Below are positions 49,963 through 62,965 of a stretch of DNA of 64,000 nucleotides, one piece after another. How positions within the stretch are numbered: position 1 is the stretch's first letter; each line of letters opens with the position of its first letter. The stretch lies in assembly GCF_016432865.1 (NCBI RefSeq), contig NC_067400.1, forward strand, positions 556,698,001-556,762,000. The letters run 5' to 3'. The notes below the pieces were generated by a model. That model was not told the DNA's origin. It made no database searches and saw only the letters and a list, made by a program, of their open reading frames with translations. The position numbers and the translations under genes are program-made. This DNA comes from Antechinus flavipes. Its lineage: Eukaryota.

Positions 49963-51295
49963 CACTGGTGTGCTAGTAAATGTAAATCAGCTCTCCAGGG
50001 GTTATAGAGAGAGGAGGCAGAGTGTGAAAGAATATTCATGACTCACTTTATTATTATTATTATTTTTTATTATAGTTTTTTTTATTTACAAGATATATGC
50101 ATGGATAATTTTTCAGTATTGATAATTGCAAAACCTTTTGTTACAATTTTTTCCTTCCTTCCCCTCTCTCCCTCCCCCAGATTGCAGGTTGACCAATACA
50201 TGTAAAATATGTTAAAGTATAAGTTAAATACAATATATGTATACATGTCCATACAGTTATTTTGCTGTATAAAAAGAATCGGATTTTGAAATAGTGTACA
50301 CTTAATCTGTGAAGGAAATCAGAAATGCAGGCAGACAAAAATAGAGGGATTGGGAATTCTATGTAGTGGTTCATAGTCATCTCCCAGAGTTCTTTCGCTG
50401 AGTGTAGCTTTTTCAATTCATTACTGCTGTATTGGAACTGACTTGGTTCATCACATTGTTGAAGAGAGCCACATCCATCAGAATTTATCAGACTGAAGAT
50501 ACTTGCTGAAGTATATAATGGTCTCCTGGTCCTGCTCATTTCACTCAGCATCAGTTCATGCAAATCTCTCCAGGCCTTTCTGAAATCATCCCACTGGTCA
50601 TTTCTTACAGAACAATAGTATTCCATAATATTCATATACCACAATTTATTTATCAATTCTCCAATTGATTAGCATCCACTCAGTTTTCAGTTTCTGGCCA
50701 CTACAAAGAGGTTTGCCACAAACATTCTTGCACATACAGGTCCCTCTCCCTTCTTTAAAATCTCTTTGGGATATAAGCCCAGTAGTAACAATGCTGGATC
50801 AAAGAGTATGCACAGTTTGATAACTTTTTGAGCATACTTCCAAATTGCTCTCCAGAATGACTGGATTAATTCACAATTCCACCAACAATGTATCAGTGTC
50901 CCAGTTTTCCCACATCCCCTCCAACATTCCACACTATCTTTCCCTGTCATTCTAGTCAATCTGACAGGTATGTACTGGTATCTCAGAGTTGTCTTAATTT
51001 GCATTTCTCTGATTAATAATGACTTGGAGCACCTTTCCATATGGCTAGAAATAGTTTCAATTTCTTCATCTGAGAATTGTCTGTTCATATCCTTTGACCA
51101 TTTATCAACTGGAGAATGGCTTGATTTCTTATAAATTAGCATGACTCACTTTTAAGTTTAAGTTTAATCTGCATTATTTACATTTTCTTCATTATTTTAT
51201 TAAGTCTAGACAATCAACAAAATAATAAATCAAGCCTTGATTTGCAGTGTTGACCAAAGTCTCAGATATAAATGTTCACACTGAAAAATTAAAAA
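49963..51295 (-). mobile_element. MER63-like hAT-Blackjack DNA transposon relic split by an L1
   Basis: TIR-like CACTGGTGTGCTAGTAAATG at 49963; internal AAGTCTAGACAATCAACAAAATAATAAATCAAGCC matches recalled MER63. Confidence 0.65.
50050..51139 (-). mobile_element. 5'-truncated L1 (~1.1 kb) with ORF2 C-terminus and 13-bp TSD
   Basis: ORFs 50687-51142 and 50141-50656 encode the L1 ORF2 C-terminal domain in two frames (CWRGCGKTGTLIHCWW; LHELMLSEMSRTRR); TSD CATGACTCACTTT at 50037-50049 and 51140-51152; TT/AAAA endonuclease site; (AAT)n tail. Confidence 0.95.
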
Positions 51296-51337
51296 TTGAT
51301 TATAGCATATCCCTTCAATGATGCATCATAGCAATTA

Positions 51338-51436
51338 AACCTGAGTTTAAATCTGATCTCAGACACTTAACACTTCCTAGCTGTGTGACTTTAGGCAAGT
51401 CACTTAATCCCAATTGCCTCAGCAAAAAAAAAAAAT
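51338..51436 (+). mobile_element. 5'-truncated WSINE1-type SINE
   Basis: CTCAGACACTTAACACTTCCTAGCTGTGTGACT...CCAATTGCCTCAGCAAAAAAA; homologous to 955-1106. Confidence 0.8.
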
Positions 51437-51945
51437 CAGAAGGAAAAAAGTATAAGCAGAATATTACATCTATAGGCCTCAACTCTTCATTAAGCAAGTA
51501 CATTGTTTCATCTCTACTTTGGGTGCAATTTTGATTATTATAATTATGCAGCACTTGGTTTCATTTTTCTTCATTTAATTTCATTATTGTGCATATTAAT
51601 TTCCTGTTATTACTAAGTTCATTATGAATCAGTTCATATATATTTCCATATTACTCCTGCTTCTTTGAAACAATTCATTGTGGCACAGTAAAATTCCATT
51701 ATTTTCATGTCACACAATTTTTTAATCTTTGTCCAGTTGATGGGCATCTAATATGTTTCCAATTCTCTGATACAATTATTAAAAAAGGTATGGTTCTAAA
51801 TAGTTTTGTTAGTTAAAAGACCTTTCCCCCCCTTTTTTAATTTCATTGGAATATATGCATAGTTGTTGGTTCTGTGACATTTTAGTCATTTTTTAGCATA
51901 ATTCCAAATTATTTTCTAGAACAGCTATAATAACACACAGTTACA

Positions 51946-51946
<1 letters not shown>

Positions 51947-51986
<40 letters not shown>
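51947..51986. repeat. (CA)n(TA)n microsatellite
   Basis: Direct reading. Confidence 0.9.
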
Positions 51987-52269
51987 GCCATTCTTTTTTT
52001 TTTTTTTTTAAATCCTAGAAAGAGAAGGAAGAAAAGAGAGGTAGAAAAGATTTGATTTCCTTTGGAGTCACTGCTTGATGTCTATTAGGCACCTGACAAC
52101 TTTCATCAACTAACAGAAAGTTTAGGGCTACAAAATGCATTAAAGATCATCTAATCCAATTGGTTCATTTTACAGATTGGGAAACTGAGTCACAAAAAGA
52201 TTATATGATGTGCTTCTGGTCACTGTTGACATTTCTTTTTTAGGTTATTGTCCAGATGAGGATTTTGAC

Positions 52270-52557
52270 TTCTAGTCTCTTGGGGGATTCCCAGAGAGCT
52301 CCTTAAATCAGTGCAGAAGAAAATAGTAACTACATGGATAATTATTTCTCCAAGGACTTCCTCCTCTCTTCATCACCCCATCTGCTTATTGCCACAGTTC
52401 CTCAGCTGCACAGGTGGATCTTCCCATAGCTGATTTAAGAAGCTGTAGAGGCCCACTCCACATGCCCAGAAAGAAAGAGATGTCAGGTGTGAGACGGTGT
52501 GGGTGTGGTGTCTCTACCTCAAAAGAAGCTGAATTTGCCTCTCTGATCATGGTAAGT
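52270..52557 (+). promoter_or_regulatory. Candidate promoter/first exon of the 58513-59490 OR
   Basis: Inverted O/E-like sites CTCTTGGG (52277-52284) and CCCAGAGA (52290-52297); unique, GC-richer segment ending ATG|GTAAGT (52551/52552). Confidence 0.4.
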
Positions 52558-52599
52558 ATTTGGTTACCAGTCTCATTCATTCATGTATCTTCCAATTCA

Positions 52600-54250
52600 A
52601 TAAAAATGTATTAATATCTACTATGTTAAATACCTTCAACTTTATTCTGGGGCAGAAAAAGGAAAAAGGAAAAATCCAGGGCCTTAGGGAGGTTGCAAAG
52701 TAAGTATCTAGTAGTAAGTCTATTTATTCATAATAAATCTAATACAAGGTACAATTGGATGGGAAGGAAAAAAGAGGTTTAGAGAAAATACCATAAAAAT
52801 GAGAAAGGAAAAACCATTTTAAGTTGGTGGGATCAGGAATGGCTCCCAAAGAAGGTAATACTTAATCTGAGTCTTTGAGAAAAAAGAGGTTCTCAGTAGG
52901 CACAGAAAGTCAAATGAGTTTTAGATTTGAAGGCCAACCCACACAAAAGCAGAATAGTGGAAGAAAGCAGGATGAGATCCAAGAACAATGAGCTTCAATG
53001 TGAATTTGCAGTGCCTAAAACATAAAATTAGGCTGGAAAGGTAGATTGGATTCATATTTAGGAAGGCTTTACATTTCAGACTTTTTTCAGGAGGGGGGAG
53101 TTGATTTCTTCAGATTTTATGCTATGCATAGAATAAAAATAGAGGAACCCTAGAGAGTTTTGAGCTGGAAAGTTTCATGGTCAGATCTGGGCATTAAGAA
53201 GTTTACTTGGGTAATCTATTGGGTAACACCTGCAGGATTTCAGAGATAACTGAATATGAGTTAAATATATACAAATATATTTAAATATATTTTATTAATA
53301 ATACAAATTGTTATTTGAATTATTACATAATACAAAAAGTAGGTGAATTGGATCTGAACTAAGACTATGATAATGGAAGTAGAAATGATGAGACAGAAAT
53401 GAAAGGTATTTCAGAGGTAAAAATTGTCATAATTCATAGATGATTCAACATTTTGAGCCTGAGTGAGTGGAAGGGTTGTAGTGCTATAATAGAATTAGAG
53501 AAGTTGGAAAAAAGGTTTTGAGAGGAAGCCAATGTGTTTCATTTTAATCTCTTTTTAATCATGTTGAATTTGGGATACTTAGAAGAGCAGCAGAAAGCTG
53601 AAGATCCAGGACAAAATATCAGGAGACAAATTAGGACAATGTAGAAAGTTTTGAATCATCTTTATAGATTCTTTATAGCTTTATTACAGCTGATAATTAG
53701 AACCATAAAAAAGATTATAATTATCAAAAACGGGGGGTATAGAAAAAGAGGAAGAAAAAAAATCTGAGGAGTGAATCTTAAAATAGGATACCCACATATA
53801 AAAGTAAAGATACAGATTATCCTGTACCGTGGACTGTTTTTTTTTTTTCTCTTTGTATCCCTCCTTTCTGGTATAATTTGCAAATAGTACACCATTATTA
53901 AATGTTTATTGAATTAAAGAGGCCTCCAGAAATAGGAGAAGACGTATCAAAGAAAACTATGTAAAGTGTTGATTAAATGGTGAGGAAGGAAAAAAGAAGA
54001 TGTGGCAGAAAGAAGGTAGTCAACAGTAGCAAATTCTGGAGAGTGATTGGGAAAGAGAAGATCTGAGACAAGGTTATTGAATTTGGTGATTAAAAATTTC
54101 TTAATTATCTCACAAGGAGCAGTCTTGGGGAATGATGGGGATGGAAGTCAAGTTAACAGGACTAAAAACTAAATGGCTGATAAGAAAAGGCAGTGAATGT
54201 TGTATATTCTTTCTAAAATTTTGATAGTGAAGGGAGAACTAAGACAACAC
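52600..54250 (-). mobile_element. Degraded L2 LINE
   Basis: Antisense L2 3' end followed by purine-rich L2 body. Confidence 0.55.
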
Positions 54251-55739
54251 CTTAAGGGTTCAAGGGTAAGTATTATGTGCCTTTTTTGTTAGTCTGCTTG
54301 TTTTTTTTACTTTCTGGGAGAAAAAGTAAGGAAAAAGTTCAAATATTTATGCAAAGATTGAAGATTCATGAGAGAGAGAAGATAATTGCTGGTCAGATGC
54401 TTCAGAGACAATTTAAAAACAAAAAGATGAGATCTAGGATATAGATAGGGAATTTAATCTTGGGAAAGAGATCTCCTTCATTGTGTGAAATTAGAGGAGA
54501 AGGGATAATGATGGGAGGTATAAAAAAAGAGAGGTTTTGTGGCATAAAAAAGAAAATAAAGGAAGTCACATTAGATGATTTCAGTCTTTTCAGGAAGGTA
54601 GCACACTGGCCTCCAGCTTCAACTCAATTTCATGATATAGTGGAAAGACCACTGGACTCAGAGTTGGTTGAGACTGGTCTTCAAATCCTGCTAATTATGT
54701 GACCCTAAGCAAATAATTTCAATCCTTTGTTTACAATGAAGGTAATATTCACATACTCCTACTTATCTTACAGGGTGGTCGTGAGATTCAAATAAGGAAA
54801 GAACTTTGTAGAATGTAATAACCTTTTAAAATGTCAGATAATTATGGCTTCACCCATTTCCGTGAACCCCATTCCCATGTCATGGTACCAGTTCCTAAAA
54901 CTATTCATAACCCTTATTTTCACTCCTTCACCAATTCCCACCCTAGTTCTCAATCCAATTTTAATCCCATGTCAGATGCAGCTTCCAGATCCTGGATTCA
55001 ATTCCAGCCTCCAAATATTTAATCTTCTCCCTATCCTTATTAGAAGAAGAACATTAATTTTATTCCATTTAGAGACAGGTCAAGAAAGATAAATCTATAA
55101 GTATCTATAATAGCTATACGGAATCTCAGGAACAGTTGACTCTGGAAAGGAGTCATTATCTCACAATCAATGAATATATGGTTTTGGGGAAAGTCACCAA
55201 TTTTCACAGTTCTGTTTTTTTTAATTATTATTATTATGAAAAGAAAATCCCTTCCTCCTTTCTTCACAGGAATAATATTATCAGTCAGTAAACATTTACT
55301 AAGTAACTACTATGGATTAAACAAGATAGTTAAATGGCAAAGTAAATAGAAAACCACGCTAAGAGTGAGGCAGACCTGAGTTCAGATCCCTGTTTACCTG
55401 TTTCCTATTCTATAAAATGAACTAGAGAAGGAAACAGCAAAACACTTCAGTATCTTTGCAAAGAAAACTCCAAATAAAATCATAGGGAGTAGGACACAAT
55501 TGAGACAACTGAACAACACCCTTAGTATTGGGTAGGGATACCAAGAAAGACAAAAAATAATACCTAACCTAAAGGAGCTTACAGTAATGGGAAAGATGAT
55601 ATGTAAACCATGTTCAAACAAAATATATCCAGGATAAATTGGGAAAAGTTTCAGAGGATAGACACTGCAATTAAGGAGAACTAGGAAAAGTTTCTTGCAG
55701 AAGGTGGAACATTATTTTTATTTTAGATTTTTTAATAAC

Positions 55740-57330
55740 TTTTTATTTTTAAAATACATGCAAAGATAGTTTTTAACATTCACTCTTGAAAAACATTGTT
55801 TTCCAAATTTTTCTCCCTCTCTCCTCCATGTCTTCCTCCCCTATACAGCAAAAAATCCAATATTGGTTAAACATGTACAATTCTCTAAACATATTTCCAC
55901 ATTTATCATGCTGCACAAGGAAAATCAGCTCAAAAAGGGAAATAAATGAGAAAAAAAGCAAGCAAACAACAACAAAAAAGGTGAAAATATAATGTCATGT
56001 TCCATATTCAGTCCCCACAGTCCTTTTTCTGATTGCAAATGGCTCTCTCCATCATAATTCTAGTGGAATTGGCCTGAATCTTCTCATTGTTGAAAAGAGC
56101 CAAGTCCATTACAGGTGATTAATCATTTAATCTTGTTATTGCGGTTTACAATGATCTCCTGGTTCTGCTCATCTCACTTAGCATCAGTTCATGAAAATCT
56201 CTCCAGGCCTCTCTGAAATCAGTCTAATGATCATTTCTTATAAAACAATAATATTCCACTATATTCATATATCATAATTTATTCAGCCATTTCTCAATTG
56301 ATGGGCATCTACACGGTTTCCAGTTCCTTTCTACTATAAAAAAGGGCTGCTACAAACAGTTTTGCACATGTGAGTCCTTTTCCCTTTTTTATGATCACTT
56401 TAGGATACAGATCTAGAAGAGACATTGCTAGATCAGAGGGTATGCACATTTTGATAGCCCTTTGGGCAGTGTTCCATATTGCTCTCTAGAAGAATTGGAT
56501 CAATTCACAATTCCAGGAACAATGCATTAGTGCCCCAGTTTTCTCACATCCCCTCCAAAATTTATCATCATCTTTTCCTGTCATTTTGGTCAATCTGAAA
56601 GGCATGTGGTGATTTCTCAGAGTTGCCTTAATTTGCATTTCTCTGATCAATAACGATTTAGAGCATTTTTTCCATATGACTAGAAATGGCTTTAATTTAT
56701 TCATCTAAAAATTGTCTGTTCATATCATTTGCCCATTTATCAATTGGAGAATGACTTATATTCTTATAAACTTGAGTCAATTCTCTCTATATATTTTAGA
56801 AATGAGGCCTTTATCAGAGCTCTTGATAAAATTCCCTCTCCCCCCAGTTTTCTGTTTCCTTTCTAATATTGGGTGCATTTTAATTTAATGTACTCAAAAT
56901 TATCTATTTTGCATTTTATAATGTTCTCTGGTTCTTCTTTGGCTATAAATAGGCCTCTCTGAGGCTATAAATAACTTTTTTTCTCCACAGGTCTGAGAGG
57001 TAGACTATCCCTTGTTCTTCTAATTTGCTTATAATATTATCCTTTATGTCTAAATCATGAACCCATTTCGACCTTATCTTGGTATAGGGTATTAGGTGTT
57101 GGTCAATACCTGCTTTCTGCCATACTATTTTCCAATTTTACCTAGCAATTTTTGCCAAATAATGAATTCTTATCCTAGAATCTGAAGTCTTTGAGTTTAT
57201 TAAACATATTACTATAGTCATTAATTATTGGGTCTTGTAAATCTACCTATTCCACTGATCAACTACTCTTTTTCTTAGCCTGTACCAAAGCTGCTTTATA
57301 ATAGTTTGTTTTTTTAAGTCTGGTACAGCT
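55740..57330 (-). mobile_element. 5'-truncated L1 (~1.6 kb), ORF2 3' part and 3' UTR
   Basis: ORF 56486-56704 CSKSLLIREMQIK...FWRGCEKTGALMHCSW; inserted in L2 sequence; no clear TSD. Confidence 0.9.
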
Positions 57331-57444
57331 AAAATAAGGTAGGATTTTAGGGAAGACTTGAAGGAAGCTGGAAAAGATAGGAGATAAAGAGGAGGAGAGA
57401 GAACATTACAGGCATAGGGCAAAGCCAATGTTGAGAGACAGAAT

Positions 57445-57650
57445 TCAGTGGCTAAAGTGCTGGACCTGGAGTAAGTCCTGAGTTCAAATCCAGTCTCTGA
57501 CACTTACTAGCTCTGTAATTCTGGGCAAGTCATTTAACCTCTATTTGTCTTAGTCCACTGGATAAGGAAAAAGCAAACCACCTTGTTATCTTTGCCAAGA
57601 AAACACCATGGATAGTATGGTTCACAGGGACATAACTGAACTGCAACAAC
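57445..57650 (-). mobile_element. Mar1-type SINE
   Basis: GAGTTCAAATCCAGTCTCTGACACTTACTAG...TATCTTTGCCAAGAAAAC. Confidence 0.75.
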
Positions 57651-58512
57651 TTTTGTGCCAGGTCCTAAGCTCAGTCCATTGAAAATATTGTATTCATCTT
57701 TATATGATACTTTAAGGTTTAAAAAGTGTTTTTTTTTCAAATGAACTTTATTATTATCCCTATTTTACAGATGAGAACATTGATACTCAGAGTAGTGGTT
57801 ACATGTTCAAACTTACACATAATAATCGATAAAACTGCAACCAAAAATTTATGTCTTAGCATGGTATCTTCCAATGCTTTTTCCCATGCTCTTGCCTCCT
57901 GCCAAAGGAATATGGTCTTAGAGAAAAATCAGTCAGCTGGCTTATTTCTTTTTCACCCATTTTCCCAACTTTGTGGCTATTTCCCTACAGAGAACATAAC
58001 TTGTTCCTCCCAACTTCTAAGTGTGTCATTCCATCTCCTTTCCAGTAATACAGAATAATACTAAATTCGCACTTCTCCCCATTGTCAAGCTACATTCTTC
58101 TCTTTCTTTGCATTCACATTTTCTCAAAGAAGCTTTTCCTGATAACTCCATGGTTAGTTACTCAAAAGTTTTCAGGATTTCTATGTACCTCTTTGCTCAT
58201 ATACTATGCAGTTCTAGAGAGGGTCTAACGTGGACCATCATAGCCTTGTGAACATGACTCACTTCTTCCTCATGATACTAGATACTAGATAGAAAGACCA
58301 CATCTTCCCCATTGGACCAAAAGTCTTTGCAAAAGTAAGTATATCATCTCTCTAATCAGATTTAAAGTTTTCAAAGGATGAGAAGTATGAATTCTCTTTT
58401 CCAGTAATTTTTCCAATGCCCAGTCCTGGGTTTTGTCCCTAGGCAGTTCTCTCCATTGTTCTAAACTGACTGGCACTTTGTTTCTTATTCATTAGGCAAA
58501 ATTATTTCTGTA

Positions 58513-59490
58513 ATGCAAGGTTCCATCATGCAGACTAGTAATAGTTCTGGTCTAATAATGGGGTTCACACCTAAAACATTTATTTTGGCTGGCATCCCTG
58601 GGATGGAGGCTGAACACATCTGGATCTCCATCCCTTTTTGCCTGATGTATGTCATCATATTTCTTGGAAATGGAACCATCCTCCATGTCATCCATATGAA
58701 TCCCACCTTGCACCAGCCCATGTACTTGTTCCTAGCCATGCTGGCTCTTGCTGAGCTTGGTATATCTGCTTCTACACTTCCCACTGTATTGGGAATTTTC
58801 CTTTTTGATGCAACTGAGATCGACTTCAATGTCTGCCTTCTCCAGATGTTCTCTATACATTCCTTCTCCATCATGGAGTCGGGTATCCTATTGGCCATGT
58901 CCATGGACTGCTTTGTGGCCATCTATAGCCCACTGCGCTATACAGTTATATTGACTTTGCCTCGAATCTTTTCAATGGGTGCTACAGTTGGACTCAAGAG
59001 TGTGGTACTCATGGCCCCACTGACTGTCCTACTCCAACGCCTACCTTTCTGTGGACACAATGTTCTCTCCCATTCTTACTGCCTGCACCCCAACCTCGTC
59101 CACCTCCCATGTGCTGATACCTCCATCAACAACATCTATGGACTTTTCATTGTAATTTCCACATTTGGGCTGGACTTCCTACTTATTGTGGTCTCATACA
59201 TGCTCATCCTTTACACAGTATTGAGTATTGCCTCTAGAGAGGGTCGGTGGAAAGCCCTCAATACGTGTGGTTCACATGTCTGTGCTGTACTTGTGTACTA
59301 TGTACCCATGATTGGTCTATCCATGGTGCATCGCTTTGGGCGACATCTCCCCACTTTGGTACAACCTACCATGGCCAATATTTACCTCTTCTTCCCACCT
59401 GTGGTAAATCCAATTGTTTACAGCATCAAGACCAAGGAAATCCGTCGAGGTATTGTTCGTGTATTCACTAAAAAGAGGGTCAGGGGTTAG
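58513..59490 (+). CDS. Class I olfactory receptor, OR51J1-like, open frame (325 aa) with DRF>DCF change
   Basis: TFILAGIPGMEAEHIWISIPF, LHQPMYLFL, MSMDCFVAIYSPLRY, SHSYCLH, KALNTCGSH, HRFG, PPVVNPIVYSIKT. Confidence 0.92.
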   Translation: MQGSIMQTSNSSGLIMGFTPKTFILAGIPGMEAEHIWISIPFCLMYVIIFLGNGTILHVIHMNPTLHQPMYLFLAMLALAELGISASTLPTVLGIFLFDATEIDFNVCLLQMFSIHSFSIMESGILLAMSMDCFVAIYSPLRYTVILTLPRIFSMGATVGLKSVVLMAPLTVLLQRLPFCGHNVLSHSYCLHPNLVHLPCADTSINNIYGLFIVISTFGLDFLLIVVSYMLILYTVLSIASREGRWKALNTCGSHVCAVLVYYVPMIGLSMVHRFGRHLPTLVQPTMANIYLFFPPVVNPIVYSIKTKEIRRGIVRVFTKKRVRG

Positions 59491-61659
59491 CATGGGTAAG
59501 AGGAGATGTATCCCAGAATGGGGAATAAATAAACTTGAGTGGAGCAGCACTAAATGAGGGCTAGCCTACTACCACTTGAAGGAAAAATCTAAGAAGCCAT
59601 GGAAACTAAGAAATTGGAAGAACTAGTCATCCCTGAGAGCAATAAAATATTTTGATTTCGGTGGAGGAGGAATAACCTACAAATTTGGCTCATTTCTTTA
59701 AGAGAAGGACCAGTTATAGCCAAGGTTGCTATATTTTTAGTTTCATGATCTGGCATTATGAGGATGGGCCCCACTGGCTCAGCAGAGGATGTCCAACATA
59801 GACTATCAGTGAGGCAGCCCAGCATTTGGATTTTAAGTTTTCCCATTTGACTCATAATTCTAAAGTGTTTTATGGACTTTATAAAAGCATGCAAGTTTGA
59901 GCACTGTGTAATATGCCTTCTTCTAGTAGTATTGTTTGGAATTTGTATATCATTGAAGAAACCTGCTTGGACATTGCTTTTGTGACATATCAGTTTGAAA
60001 GTTTATATTTTAAGATAAAGTAAACCTAATCTAAAATTAGGGCTTTTGGTTGCTAGGTTTGTTTTTTATCTTAATTGAACAGACCAAATGATAACCCTAA
60101 AGTTGTAATTGTATTTGTCTGAAGTCAAAGAATTCTTAAATGTAAATGTGGCAGAATAATAAAGATAATCTCATAGAACTCATTTATTTTACAATTAAGG
60201 AAACTGAGATCTGGAGACCAAAGTGACTTTGCCAAGGACACACAAATTATTGGAAAAATGGAGTTTAATAGAGTTTTTAATCCTTTATTGATGATGATGA
60301 TGATGATCCCTAACATTATATAATATGTGCCAAGCACTGTGTCAAGTACTATATAAATATTATCTCATTTGATCCTCCCAACAAATTAGGAAGGTAGGTG
60401 CTATTATTATTCCCATTTTACAAAGAAATATACTGAGGCAAACAAAAGTTGTCATTTTTCCAAAATCACACACTTAGCAAATATCTGAGTCTAGATTTGA
60501 ATTCAGGTCTTCTTGACTCCATGGCCCAAGCTCTGTCCATTTTGACACCTCACGCCCAGAGATAAAAAGGATAAAGAAGAAAGTGTAAATCCTGATTTTA
60601 AAAGTTGAACTATAAATAAATAAATAGATAGATAGATAGATAGATAAAATGTATGGGGTGACAATTTGGTGCTTTCCAGAGCAAGGCCTGAGTTTGGACT
60701 TCAGTATCATGGTAAAATGTGATATGTGCCTTCACAACACAACTTTTCCAGTAGTAGAATCTAGGTTCTTATTATTATTTGTATGATTTTAAAGCAAGGT
60801 CTCTCTGAATCACAGCTTCTTCACCTATAAAGCTCAGATAAAAATACTTGCAACAGCTAACTCAATGCTGTGGAGAGCAAAATGTTCCATAATTGAACCA
60901 AAAGCACACAAGCTTCATTCCCTCCCTCCTATAAGTGAATGCTTCATTTTTGTCTCTGAATCACCAATGTCTAGAACAGTGCTTGGCACATGAGAGACAC
61001 TTTATAAATGATTCCTGAATTGAAATGTCACCATTACCATTACAAATACCAGCAGCAGCAGCAGCAGCATCATCAAAAATAGCTACCAGGTATCTATTAA
61101 GGCCTCTTTTTCTTATATTTTTAATTCCTACAATCAACCAACTCTTATGCACATGGTTTCTAATCTGTTCAGCTTCTTGTTCCCCTTCCTTTAGATAAAC
61201 TAGCTTATCAGTCCTTCTGTCTAGGTCTTAACATAACAATTCAAATGTGGCCTGACCAAGATAGAGAAAAGGACTATAATTCCCCTCCTTCTTCATATAC
61301 TTCTATTAATGAAACCCAAGTTCACTTTAACTTTTCTATCTGAAATGTAACATTGGTAACTCATCCTCAGCGTTGTTAATTCATTAAAATACCCAGATGA
61401 ACTGTCTCACACCATTCCATCCTGAATTTTCATAGTAATTTACTTATTATAGCTATTTACATTTATTTCTATTGTATTTTACTTTTTTGTATGTTTCATT
61501 TCAGTTTTTATTGATCTTAATGGATACTGAACTGACTCTTGGCTATTTAACCGAGCTTTCTGTCATCCCTAGCATTCTATCATTCCAAGCTGATATTAAT
61601 CCATTAATCACTGCCCTGGATCTGGTTATTAAACTTGCTCCAAAGCTAAATTACTATCA

Positions 61660-61860
61660 TCTAGACCAAAGCTTTTTAAACTGTGTTTTGCAGCTCTATA
61701 TGGGGTTGCATAACTGAATTTGAGCATCACAAAATTATAACTTATTATCAGCAAATATTTGATTTGTATGTCTATTTCATATATTTATACACCCAGGGCC
61801 ATGTAAAAATTATTTGGGTAAAAAAGGATTTGAAACTGGAAAAAATTTAAGAAGCCTTTA
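61660..61860. mobile_element. hAT-Charlie-like DNA transposon relic
   Basis: Inverted homologue of 19400-19580. Confidence 0.5.
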
Positions 61861-62799
61861 TTTAAAATGTATTTTCCCACTTATCATGCTATCATGCAAG
61901 ATGTTGACAAATTCCTTTCTAAATTCTAAGTATATAATATGCCAGTTATATCCCCCATCTCTACTTTTTGACTTCCTTTTATGTGTTTTTCCGCCCATTA
62001 GAATATTACTTGAGGTAGGAACTACTTTTCTTTTTCAAATTTAGTGTTGTGCCAAACACAGGTGCTATATGTGTGACACAGGGTCAGTGCTTGATCAATG
62101 TTTACTGACTGCCAATAGCATTTCAAATAAACTTACCAAAAATAGAGATATGTTTTATCTGGAATAATCTACTTCTGATGGACTCATTCTGGGTGTTAGT
62201 CATAGCTTCGGTTCTTCATTTTAAAAAAGCAATCTTTCAAAGCACATACTAGTATTTTGCCAAGAACTGAAATGAAACTCACTAGCTTATAGACTGAAGA
62301 ATGAAATATCTTACCCTATTTTTTTTTAAAGCTTAACTTCTACTCTTCTCAGAGTAGTAACATTTCTCCTTCTCTTTATTTTCAAAAATCACCAGTCCTA
62401 CAAAAACATCTACCTATTACATTAGTACCTTAATAAGTTAGTCCATCCAAGCTTTGAATTGAACTCTTGAGGAAGGAAGCATTGAATGCCTATTATGTCA
62501 GGTGCTGTGCTAAATAACAAGTATTATCTCATTTGACCCTTATAACAAGCCTGTGATGTAGGTGCCATTATCCTCTTTTTACAATTAAGGGAATCAAGAA
62601 AACAGGTGAAGTAATGTATCCAGGCTAACATACCTACTAAGTATCTAAGGCTGGATTTGAACTCTAGGCTTCATTATTTCAGGTCCAGTATTCAATACAT
62701 CATGCCCATCTAGTTGCTTCCAAGTACAATGAATGAATCTCTTGGACCCAACTTAATCCCACAAGGCAAAAAATATGAGATCACAGCCATTAGAAGCTG

Positions 62800-62965
62800 A
62801 AATAATTTATTAAATCTTAGATTACATTCATAAGATCGGAGTGCCCACAATAAGGAAGAAGTCCACTGCCATGGGAGGACTGCTTCTGTGTACCACTGCA
62901 TACTCGGTGCCACATTCTAAAAGGAACTCTGATGAGTTCAAGAGCACCCAGCGGAGGCCAGATTT
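62800..62965 (+). mobile_element. L3/CR1 fragment
   Basis: GGTGCCACATTCTAAAAGGAACTCTGATGAGTTCAAGAGCACCCAGCGGAGG resembles the CR1 ORF2 3' region. Confidence 0.5.

Noticed and set aside
50141-51142. L1 ORF2-like ORFs as host genes or an active element
   Set aside because: 5'-truncated and frame-broken; listed as a mobile element only
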